The notes beneath the pieces are model-generated. The model was not told where the DNA came from, did no database searches, and saw nothing but the letters and a program-made list of their open reading frames with translations. DNA of 64,000 nucleotides from Candidatus Binatia bacterium. Its GTDB lineage: Bacteria; Desulfobacterota; Binatia; HRBIN30. Positions 19,850-28,108 of the stretch are shown piece after piece (positions within the stretch are counted from its first letter, which is position 1; each line of letters opens with the position of its first letter). The translations under genes and the position numbers were made by a program. Where the stretch lies: contig JBBRSP010000027.1 in assembly GCA_038245295.1 (NCBI GenBank), positions 1 through 64,000 on the forward strand, in the 5' to 3' direction.

Positions 19850-20719
19850 CTACCAGATGGCCGTTCCCTCGTTGCGCACCAGGGCGTGGAAAACCTCGGT
19901 CAACCGTCGAGTGAGAGGCCCGGGTTGACCGTTGCCGATGACGCGGCCGTCGACGCGGGTAACCGGCATCAATTCGGCGCCCGTGCCGGTGACGAAGCAC
20001 TCCTCGGCGGTGAAGACGTCAAAGCGGGTCAGGCGTGTCTCGGCGACGGCGACGCCCGCTTCACCGGCGAGCTCGAGCACGGCGCCGCGCGTGATTCCCT
20101 CGAGGGCGCCGTCTTGCGGGGACGGCGTCAGTAGCTTCCCTTGGCGCACGACGAACAAGTTGTCGGCCGTGCACTCGGCGACGTAGCCGGCACTATTGAG
20201 CATGATGGCCTCTTCGGCGCCGGCTTCCTGGGCGTCGAGCTTCGCGAGGACGTTCTTCAGATAGTTGAGTGATTTGATGCGCGAGTCGAACGCATCGTGT
20301 GCGACTTGGCGGGTCGCCACGGTGACGACCTTGATGCCGCCGGCGTAGAGCTCGCGGGGGTAGACGCGAATATCCGTGCAGATGCAGAATACCGTTGCCT
20401 TCGGACACTTGCGTGGATCAATGCCGAGATCGCCGACGCCACGCGTGACGACCAAACGGATGTAGCCATCCTCTTTCTGATTGCGTCGCACGGACTCGCG
20501 CACCACATCGCACATCTCGGCATGGGAGAGCGGGATGGTGAGAGCCAGGGCACGTGCTGAATCGTACAATCGGTCGATGTGGGCTTCGAGCCGGAAGATG
20601 CGCCGGTTGTACACGCGAATGCCTTCGAATACGCCGTCACCGTAGAGCAAGCCATGATCAAAGACCGACACCGTCGCCGATTCGCGTGGCACCCACGCAC
20701 CGTCGAGATAAATATCCAT
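19850..20719 (-). CDS. ilvE: Branched-chain amino acid aminotransferase
   Basis: SVFDHGLLYGDGVFEGIR, IKSLNY (PLP Lys), LEGITR and TGTGAE. Confidence 0.95.
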   Translation of the reverse strand: MDIYLDGAWVPRESATVSVFDHGLLYGDGVFEGIRVYNRRIFRLEAHIDRLYDSARALALTIPLSHAEMCDVVRESVRRNQKEDGYIRLVVTRGVGDLGIDPRKCPKATVFCICTDIRVYPRELYAGGIKVVTVATRQVAHDAFDSRIKSLNYLKNVLAKLDAQEAGAEEAIMLNSAGYVAECTADNLFVVRQGKLLTPSPQDGALEGITRGAVLELAGEAGVAVAETRLTRFDVFTAEECFVTGTGAELMPVTRVDGRVIGNGQPGPLTRRLTEVFHALVRNEGTAIW

Positions 20720-20893
20720 GACGTAGACACTCGCCAAAACGGGGCGCTGCAGTCAAGGCGGGATGTGCGCTTCGGATTCCAACTTCGTGAACCAGCCACC
20801 CAGCGCGCGCGCCAGCCCGCACCGGGGGCGACTCGTGGTGGCATTGTGTCGCATCCAATTGATATGAGGTCAGGAGTTCCTCGGAGGTAGGCC

Positions 20894-21829
20894 TTGCCAA
20901 CGCCCGCTCTTTCTCTCGGCACCATGAATTTCGGCAAACGCGTCGACGAAACCGAGGCAAAGCGTATCGTCGCCCACGCGTTGGAAATTGGCGTGACGAC
21001 CTTCGATACCGCCAACGCCTACGGTGATGGCGAATCGGAGCGCATCCTCGGTCGCGCTCTCAGGAAAGTTGGCGGCAGCTACCGCATCGCCACGAAGGTC
21101 GGGCTCGCCCGAGTCGATGGTAAAGTGGAGGGCCTCGCGCCGACGGTCATCGAGGCGGCCGTGGAGCAGAGCCTGACACGGCTCGGCGTCGAACGCATCG
21201 ACCTCTACTATCTGCACGCCCCCGATGCGCAGACGCCGATCGAGGACTCGCTGGACGCGCTGGGGCGGCTGTTGCAAAACGGCAAGATTGCCGGTTGGGG
21301 CGTGTCGAATTTTGCCGCCTGGCAAATTCTCGAGATTGATCATCTGGTCGACGCGGCGGGCATGCCTCGTCCGGCCGTGTCGCAGGTGTTGTACAACGTC
21401 CTCATGCGCGAGCTCGAAATCGAGTACTTGCCATTCTGCCGCCGGTATCCATGCCACACCACCGTTTACAACCCCCTCGCCGGTGGATTGCTGACCGGCA
21501 CCCTGAGCCAGGGGCAAGCCGCCCCGAAGGGATCACGCTTCGCCACCAATCCGATCTATCGACGGCGCTACCTGACGCCGCGCATGTTCGAGCGCGTCGA
21601 GTCGTTGCGCGCCATCGCCGACGCGGAAGGAGTGTCGCTCCTCGTTCTGGCATACGCCTGGCTCGCGGCGCGACCGGGTGTCGACTCAATCCTGGTCGGC
21701 CCGGCGTCGTGCGGTCACTTGGAAGACGCGGCGCTGGCGATTTCGAGGAAGCTTTCGCCGGAGTGCCTCCAGAAGATCGAGGCTCTGCATCAACGAGAAC
21801 GCGGCAGCGATACGGTGTACGCACGTTGA
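20894..21829 (+). CDS. Aldo/keto reductase
   Basis: LGTMNFG, FDTANAYG, IATK, IDLYYLH and GVSNF. GGAGGT RBS 5 nt before the TTG start. Confidence 0.93.
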   Translation: MPTPALSLGTMNFGKRVDETEAKRIVAHALEIGVTTFDTANAYGDGESERILGRALRKVGGSYRIATKVGLARVDGKVEGLAPTVIEAAVEQSLTRLGVERIDLYYLHAPDAQTPIEDSLDALGRLLQNGKIAGWGVSNFAAWQILEIDHLVDAAGMPRPAVSQVLYNVLMRELEIEYLPFCRRYPCHTTVYNPLAGGLLTGTLSQGQAAPKGSRFATNPIYRRRYLTPRMFERVESLRAIADAEGVSLLVLAYAWLAARPGVDSILVGPASCGHLEDAALAISRKLSPECLQKIEALHQRERGSDTVYAR

Positions 21830-22659
21830 TGGAGCTCCTCTGTCGCGCGCCCGATGACTTGGACATCGAGGCCGTTTCCCGCGAGTTCTTCGAGCTTGGC
21901 TACGCGCGCCTCGGTCCGTGCGCCAGCCCGGCGATCCTCGAAGCACTGCGCGCCCGCCTCGACGAGATCATGCTGGGGGGAGTCGATCACCACCCGTTCT
22001 TCTACCAGCACGACTCCGCCAATGGTGACTACGAAGACCTGCCGCGCGGCGAAGGCTGGCAGGGTCCGAGCCGAGACTATCGCAAGATCGAGAAACTGGA
22101 GCGCGACCCGGTCTTCTGGGCATGGCTCAACAATCCCCTATTCGCGCGCCTGGCCCATTCGTTGGTAGGACCAGAGATCAGCCTGTGTCGTGCCCTCGTG
22201 TTTACGAAGAGTGCGGCCGGCGGCACGCATCTGCCATGGCATCAAGACGGCGGTCTCTTCTGGGGTCTCGATCGCGCGCCGTTCCTGCAGGTCTGGACCG
22301 CCCTCGATGATGCTCCGGTCGAGGCCGGGTGTGTGGAAGTTATCCCGGGCACACATCGCGGTGGGCTAACGCGTCCGTTCGGCGGGTTGGTCACAGCCGA
22401 CCGTGTCGCCCCGGTGATCGTACACACGCCGGTCATCGCACTGCCGGCGGTCGCGGGTGAGGTGATTCTCATCCACAACCTCCTTTGGCATCGGTCGGGA
22501 CGCAACACGACGGGCAAACCGCGGCGGGGATTTTCCGCCTGCTTGATGGACGCCGCGACGCGGTGCCTGCGCAAGCGCGGCGCACCGCGCCAGTTTCGGC
22601 GTGTGTTTGCCCCCGAGGTTGTCCTTGCGGGGGCCGGAAAGACTCAAGTTTCCAATTAG
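21829..22659 (+). CDS. Phytanoyl-CoA dioxygenase (PhyH) family Fe(II)/2-oxoglutarate oxygenase
   Basis: WHQD, WTALDD, VIPGTH and WHRSGRN..RR. TGATG coupling to the upstream reductase. Confidence 0.9.
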   Translation: MELLCRAPDDLDIEAVSREFFELGYARLGPCASPAILEALRARLDEIMLGGVDHHPFFYQHDSANGDYEDLPRGEGWQGPSRDYRKIEKLERDPVFWAWLNNPLFARLAHSLVGPEISLCRALVFTKSAAGGTHLPWHQDGGLFWGLDRAPFLQVWTALDDAPVEAGCVEVIPGTHRGGLTRPFGGLVTADRVAPVIVHTPVIALPAVAGEVILIHNLLWHRSGRNTTGKPRRGFSACLMDAATRCLRKRGAPRQFRRVFAPEVVLAGAGKTQVSN

Positions 22660-22736
22660 TTCAGTCTCGATGAACGGCTGTTCCATGGGCAATCACGCCG
22701 AGGCGGTGTGATTCAGCCATTTGGGAGGAGCCCTCA

Positions 22737-25124
22737 ATGATTCGTGCCGACCTCAGAACAGCAGCCGGGTTGTGCGTACCCATGCGTGGAACGGGCGATG
22801 AGCGTCCCCGCCACGTCGGCACGCCGCGCGTGTACCGGTGGCGGCGGGCGGTCTTTGGCCCGCTGGCCTGCCTAGCCGCTCTGCTCATCGCGGCGGCGGC
22901 GCCGGCGTTTGCGGTCACCATCAGTGTAACCCCGACCGCTGTCTCCGTGCCGATCGGCGGCGACCGCCAGCTCAGTGTGTTCGCCGACGGCGTCGCCACG
23001 AGTGCGGTGCTGTGGACCGTCAACGGGATTCCGAACGGCGACTCAACCGTTGGCACGATCAGCGCCACCGGCATGTACAATGCGCCCCTGCAGCCGCCCG
23101 TCGGTTGGATCGTCACGGCGACAGCGACCAGCACAGCAGACCCCAACGCTTCAGCCTCCTGCACCATCAAGGTGCGCAACCAGGTTCCCTGGACCACCTC
23201 GCTGAATCCCAATCCGATCCCGATCGGCTCCTTCACGCTGCAGGTGATCGGCAGCCGCTTCGTCAGCGGCGCCCAGGTGCTGTGGAACGGCACGGCGCTG
23301 GCGACAACCTACAACTCCGCGACGATGCTGACAGCCATCGGCAACGCCTCGCAGGCGGGAGCCGTCAGCATCACCGTCGCCAACCCCGGACCGGGTGCGG
23401 TATCCACACCGCTGACGCTTACCGTGGGCTCGGCGGCAACGACGCCGACACTGACAATCGCGACGACCGCAACGGCAACGATCGCGAAAACGGCGACGAG
23501 CGTCCCGACCATGACGCCGACCAGGAGCGCCACCAGTACGCGGACGTTGACCTACACGCCGATCCCGACCCGCACACCAACCATCACGAAGACGCCGACG
23601 GTGACCAAGACACCGACGGCAACGCCGACACAGACTCTCAGTCCGACGCCAACCGCGACCATCGATCCGATGGCCATCACCTACGGACGCTTCCTATCGC
23701 AGGTGAGTTTTGGAGCGACGGCACAGTCCACGGCCCACCTGGCGCAGGTGGGGATGTCGACCTACCTCGACGAACAGTTCGCCATGCCGCAGTCGCCATG
23801 GCCGCCGCTGGCCACGGCCCAACGCTCCGACGCCGTCGATGCGTTCTTCGCCAACGCGCTTTCCGGCCAGGACCAGTTGCGACAAAGGGTGCTCTACGCG
23901 CTCAGCGAGATCATCGTCATCGCGATGAACAAAAACACCAACGGCAATGAGATCGTGCCGTGGCTGCAACTGCTCAGTCGCAACGCCTTCGGCAATTACC
24001 GTACGCTGTTGAGTGAGCTGACTCTCGATGCCTCCATGGGCAAGTATCTCGACCTCGCCAACAGCGTCGGCACCGGCGGTGGCGGTATGGGAGGCATGGG
24101 CGGCACCGCTGCCAACGAGAACTACCCGCGCGAAGTGATGCAGCTGTTCTCGATCGGCCTCTACCAGCTCAATCTCGACGGCACGGTTCAAGTCGACGCG
24201 CAGAACGTCGGAGTCCCGACCTACACGCAGACTGATGTTCAACAACTCGCCAAGGCGCTGTCCGGATGGACTTACGGAAACGTCAACAGCACGCCGCCGA
24301 CCTACGGCAACTTCAGTTACTACCCCGGACCGATGCTACCGGTGGCCGCCTTCCACAACAGTCAGGCGAAGACCATTCTAGGTGTTTCGATTCCGGCGGG
24401 CCAGACGGCGCAGCAGGATCTGACCTCGGCGATCAACATCCTCTTCAATCATCCGAACGTCGGCCCGTTCCTGGCGACACGGCTCATTCGGGCCCTCGTC
24501 ACCAGCAACCCGAGCCCGGCGTTCATCAGCCGTGTCGCTACGGTGTTCAACGACAATGGCTCCGGAGTCCGCGGCGACATGCCGGCTGTGGTTCGCGCCA
24601 TCATCATGGACCCTGAGGCACGCGACGACGCGCCGCCGGCCAACTTCGGTCGCCTACGTACGCCGATGCAGCACACGATCGCCATGGTCCGCGCCCTCAA
24701 TATTCCGATCGGCGCGGCCTCCAACTTCGCCTACCTCTTCTACGATATGAACGAAGGGATTCTCGACGCGGCGTCGGTGTTCGGTCATTATTCGCCGAGT
24801 TATCACATCCCGAAAACGCCGCTCTTCGGGCCGGAGTTCCAGATCTATTCGGCGAGCGACGCGATCAATCGTGCCAATTTCTCTTACTCGTTCTTGTACA
24901 ACCCGTGGCCGCTGAACCCGGCACTGCTGCCGTACGTGAATGTCGCCGGCAATGCGGCGGGGCTGGTCAACCTGGTCGATACGAACCTGCTGTTTGGTCG
25001 CATGTCGGCCTCAACCCGGACCGCCATCCTCAACGCGATACCGGCCATGCCGGACAACAACACCCGCGTTTTGACCGCGCTCTACCTGACCCTCGTCTCT
25101 GGCGAGTACCAGGTGCAGCGTTAA
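22737..25124 (+). CDS. DUF1800-family protein with N-terminal Ig-like domains and Thr/Pro linker
   Basis: DQLRQRV..ALSEI, NAFGNYR, NENYPREVMQLFSIG and HPNVGPF..LVTSNPSP. GGGAGGAG RBS. Confidence 0.9.
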   Translation: MIRADLRTAAGLCVPMRGTGDERPRHVGTPRVYRWRRAVFGPLACLAALLIAAAAPAFAVTISVTPTAVSVPIGGDRQLSVFADGVATSAVLWTVNGIPNGDSTVGTISATGMYNAPLQPPVGWIVTATATSTADPNASASCTIKVRNQVPWTTSLNPNPIPIGSFTLQVIGSRFVSGAQVLWNGTALATTYNSATMLTAIGNASQAGAVSITVANPGPGAVSTPLTLTVGSAATTPTLTIATTATATIAKTATSVPTMTPTRSATSTRTLTYTPIPTRTPTITKTPTVTKTPTATPTQTLSPTPTATIDPMAITYGRFLSQVSFGATAQSTAHLAQVGMSTYLDEQFAMPQSPWPPLATAQRSDAVDAFFANALSGQDQLRQRVLYALSEIIVIAMNKNTNGNEIVPWLQLLSRNAFGNYRTLLSELTLDASMGKYLDLANSVGTGGGGMGGMGGTAANENYPREVMQLFSIGLYQLNLDGTVQVDAQNVGVPTYTQTDVQQLAKALSGWTYGNVNSTPPTYGNFSYYPGPMLPVAAFHNSQAKTILGVSIPAGQTAQQDLTSAINILFNHPNVGPFLATRLIRALVTSNPSPAFISRVATVFNDNGSGVRGDMPAVVRAIIMDPEARDDAPPANFGRLRTPMQHTIAMVRALNIPIGAASNFAYLFYDMNEGILDAASVFGHYSPSYHIPKTPLFGPEFQIYSASDAINRANFSYSFLYNPWPLNPALLPYVNVAGNAAGLVNLVDTNLLFGRMSASTRTAILNAIPAMPDNNTRVLTALYLTLVSGEYQVQR

Positions 25125-25149
25125 CCGAGACGATCCAACGAGGGATGAC

Positions 25150-26514
25150 ATGAAGACAGAACTGTCACGACGAAACTTCCTGCAACTCGGCGCCGGCGCG
25201 GCGATGCTGGCGAGCCTGGGGCGCTTCAACTGGGCCCGGGCCGCGGTCAACGACTACAAGGCGCTGGTCTGCCTATTCATGTTTGGCGGCAACGACGGCC
25301 ACAACACGGTCGTGCCGCTCGGCAGCACCCAGTACAACGCCTACAAGGCGGCGCGCGGTGCGCTTGCCCTGCCGCCCAACCAGCTGCTGCCGATCTCGGA
25401 TGCGACACAGGGCGCGTTCGGCCTGCATTACGCGATGCCGGAGATGCAAACGCTTTATACCGCGGGCCAGCTGGCGATTCTCGCCAACGTCGGCATGTTG
25501 GTCCAGCCGACGACGTATTCGCAGTCGCTGCAGTCGGGCTACCCGCTGCCGCTCAACCTTCGGTCACACGCCGACCAGGTGGTGCAGATGCAGACCGGCG
25601 TGCCGAACGCCGGCGGCAGCACAGGCTGGGGTGGCCGCGCCCTCGACCTCATGGAATTTGCTTATGGGTACAACTCGACGACTAACTTCCCGGTCTCGGT
25701 GTCGATGAACAGCCCGGCCCTGTTCTGCAACGGCTCGATTGTGCGCAACGTCAGTCTGCAACCCGGAAACGTTCTGGACCAGCCGGCGATGAGTATGTAT
25801 CCCTCAAGCGCCGGAACAGCGCGACAAGCCGCGCAGGCGCAGATCGCCGCCGTGACGACCGGCAACAGCATCGTCGACTCGGCCAACAAGGTCGTCGGTG
25901 ATGCCCTGGCACTCAATCCGCTCCTCAAGGCGGCGGCGGGCAGTATCAACTTCACCAAGCCGTTCCCGCTTTCGTCCCTCGGCCAGCAGCTCCAGGAAAT
26001 CGCCCGCGTGATCAGCCTGAATTCGCAGCTAGGCGTCGGACGCCAAGTATTTTTCTGCAGCTTGGGCGGCTTCGATACCCACGGTGGCCAGTCGTATCAG
26101 CAGTGGAGCTTGCTGCAGGACGTCAGTCAGTCACTCGCCGCTTTCTATTGGGCGACGAATCAGTTGTTCGTCGATCAGCAGGTCACGGCCTTCACGCTTT
26201 CGGACTTCGGCCGCACGCTGCAGCCAAGCGGCACGGGCTCTGATCATGGCTGGGGAAATCACCACATGATCCTGGGCGGAGCAGTCAAAGGCGGCCAGAT
26301 GTACGGCAAATTCCCGTCGATGACGAACTACGCTAACTTCAACTCGAGCAATGATGACTATGCCGACAACCGTGGCGTCATGCTGCCCGGCGTGTCGCTG
26401 GGACAATACGGCGCGACGTTGGCGAAGTGGTTTGGGGCCGGCGATCAGGATCTCAACGGCCTGTTCAACACCTTGCAACCGTTTGCCGTGCGCGACGTCG
26501 GATTCCTGCCGTAG
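25150..26514 (+). CDS. DUF1501-family Tat-exported protein
   Basis: SRRNFL, DYKALVCLFMFGGNDG, GGFDTH, SDFGR and GSDHGWG. Canonical partner of DUF1800. Confidence 0.92.
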   Translation: MKTELSRRNFLQLGAGAAMLASLGRFNWARAAVNDYKALVCLFMFGGNDGHNTVVPLGSTQYNAYKAARGALALPPNQLLPISDATQGAFGLHYAMPEMQTLYTAGQLAILANVGMLVQPTTYSQSLQSGYPLPLNLRSHADQVVQMQTGVPNAGGSTGWGGRALDLMEFAYGYNSTTNFPVSVSMNSPALFCNGSIVRNVSLQPGNVLDQPAMSMYPSSAGTARQAAQAQIAAVTTGNSIVDSANKVVGDALALNPLLKAAAGSINFTKPFPLSSLGQQLQEIARVISLNSQLGVGRQVFFCSLGGFDTHGGQSYQQWSLLQDVSQSLAAFYWATNQLFVDQQVTAFTLSDFGRTLQPSGTGSDHGWGNHHMILGGAVKGGQMYGKFPSMTNYANFNSSNDDYADNRGVMLPGVSLGQYGATLAKWFGAGDQDLNGLFNTLQPFAVRDVGFLP

Positions 26515-26561
26515 TCCATCATGACGGCGGGAAGTACCCGCCCAGCGCGAAGCTACAACCG

Positions 26562-26598
26562 GGCCTGCCTTACGCGATTGTAACGCGTAGGGCAGGCC
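26562..26598. repeat. 15-bp inverted repeat containing a GTAGGG REP-like arm
   Basis: GGCCTGCCTTACGCG-attgtaa-CGCGTAGGGCAGGCC, with one G-U pair. Confidence 0.7.
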
Positions 26599-26671
26599 TC
26601 GTTTGCAGGGCAGGGGACACTGCCTCGCGCCTGGGGATGGCGCCGACGCGCGGCATGGTACAAGCGCGCGG

Positions 26672-27331
26672 ATGCGAGTCCGCATCCAGATCGCCGGCGT
26701 CTCAACACTCGAAGAAGCTCAACAGTTGGTCGATATCGGTGTCGACGCCCTCGGGTTCACGGTACGGTTGCCGCACGGGCTTCATGACGACCTGACCGAA
26801 GCCAAAGCGCGCAGCATCATAGCCGCGTTGCCACCGTTCGCCTCCACCGTTGCGATCACATACATCGACAACGCGCGCGCAGCGGTTGAGCTTAGCCGTT
26901 ACCTCGGCGTCACCGCCTTGCAGCTACACGGCGAGTTCCCGATTGCCGATCTCGAGATGCTACGCGCCGCAATGCCGCATCTGAAACTCTTGCGGGCCGT
27001 GCATGTGACGGGTCAGGAAGCACTCGCCAAGGCTCGCTCCGTGGGCCGCCGGGTCGATGCCCTCATCCTTGATACCTTCGATGCGGCGACCGGGCGTGCC
27101 GGCGCGACGGGCCTCACACACGATTGGTCGATCAGTCGCCAGATCGTTGAATCGGCGCGTGTGCCGGTGATCCTGGCCGGAGGCCTCAACCCAAACAACG
27201 TCGCCGAGGCGATCGGCGTCGTGCGTCCGTGGGGTGTCGACGTCCACACCGGCATCGAGGACAGCGACGGGCGCCGCAATCCGGAAAAGTTGCGCGCCTT
27301 TGTCGCCGCCGTGAGGGATTGCGCTGTGTGA
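26672..27331 (+). CDS. Phosphoribosylanthranilate isomerase (TrpF)-like protein
   Basis: GVDALGF, LQLHG, LILDT, GATGLTHDW, ILAGGLNP and PWGVDV. The N-terminal KICG motif is replaced by QIAG. Confidence 0.85.
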   Translation: MRVRIQIAGVSTLEEAQQLVDIGVDALGFTVRLPHGLHDDLTEAKARSIIAALPPFASTVAITYIDNARAAVELSRYLGVTALQLHGEFPIADLEMLRAAMPHLKLLRAVHVTGQEALAKARSVGRRVDALILDTFDAATGRAGATGLTHDWSISRQIVESARVPVILAGGLNPNNVAEAIGVVRPWGVDVHTGIEDSDGRRNPEKLRAFVAAVRDCAV

Positions 27332-27388
27332 GCGATTGTCACACTAGAGAGCAGCACAACTGAAACCGTCCGTACGGAGGAATCGTCG

Positions 27389-27940
27389 ATGGCCCGTATT
27401 CCCTATGTCGAGGCAGAAACCGCGCCGGCCGCGGTGCGCGAGGTTCTCGAGCGCTTGCCGGTCAAGTTGAACATCTTTCGCGTCATGGCGCATGCCGAAA
27501 CAAACGTCCGCCCTCTGCTTCGCCTCGGGCAGTCGATCCTCAGCGCCCAACTGCTTTCACCGAAGCTGCGCGAACTGGCGATCCTGCGCGTCGCCAAGTT
27601 GTCGCAAGCACCGTACGAGTGGGTCCAACATGTTCCGATCGGCCTTGCCGTCGGCATGACCCAGGAGCAGGTCGACGCGCTTGATCGTGGTGATGCCGCC
27701 GCCACTTGTTTCGATGCGACCGAACAACTCGTGCTACGCTTCACCGATGAGGTGGTGCGCGACGTCGGCTGCAGTGAGGCAACCTTCACGGCGCTGGCGG
27801 AAAAGCTCAGCACCCAGGAGCTGGTCGAGTTGGTCCTCGCCGTCGGCTTCTACATGACGATGGCGCGTCTGATGGAGACGTTCCAGATCGATATCGAACC
27901 CGGAGTTGGGGATCGCATTCTGGCGAACATGAAGCGGTAG
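27389..27940 (+). CDS. Carboxymuconolactone decarboxylase / AhpD-like protein
   Basis: MARIPY, LRELAILRVA and YEWVQH. GGAGG RBS. Confidence 0.88.
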   Translation: MARIPYVEAETAPAAVREVLERLPVKLNIFRVMAHAETNVRPLLRLGQSILSAQLLSPKLRELAILRVAKLSQAPYEWVQHVPIGLAVGMTQEQVDALDRGDAAATCFDATEQLVLRFTDEVVRDVGCSEATFTALAEKLSTQELVELVLAVGFYMTMARLMETFQIDIEPGVGDRILANMKR

Positions 27941-27956
27941 GACGTGTTCCGCGCCC

Positions 27957-28024
27957 GGGCATGGGCGCGGGCACGTTGGCGAGATCCGTGCTCCCCACCC
28001 GTGCCCGCGCCCATGCCCATGCCC
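27957..28024. repeat. Perfect 19-bp inverted repeat built from 6-bp units
   Basis: GGGCATGGGCGCGGGCACG (27957-27975) pairs with CGTGCCCGCGCCCATGCCC (28000-28018). 24-nt loop, plus one extra ATGCCC unit. Confidence 0.85.
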
Positions 28025-28108
28025 GATTCGAATGGAACCCAATCTGCCCCGCATGCATGCACCGCAGTCACTCCCGCTAGCAACGCAACTTCGGTAAGAA
28101 CGTCTGCC

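Noticed and set aside
20864..20893. In-frame ATG upstream of a TAG before the aldo/keto reductase (possible readthrough)
   Set aside because: A GGAGGT RBS sits 5 nt before TTG 20894, which explains the start without recoding.
23430..23665. Repetitive ACGCCGAC-like sequence as a CRISPR array or DNA repeat
   Set aside because: It is in-frame coding for the Thr/Pro linker of DUF1800. There are no constant repeats with unique spacers and no cas genes.
27944..28108. N-terminal extension of RecQ in the ORF track (ARAWARAR..PMPMP)
   Set aside because: It is a translation of the hexamer repeat element. The true start is more likely GTG 28109.
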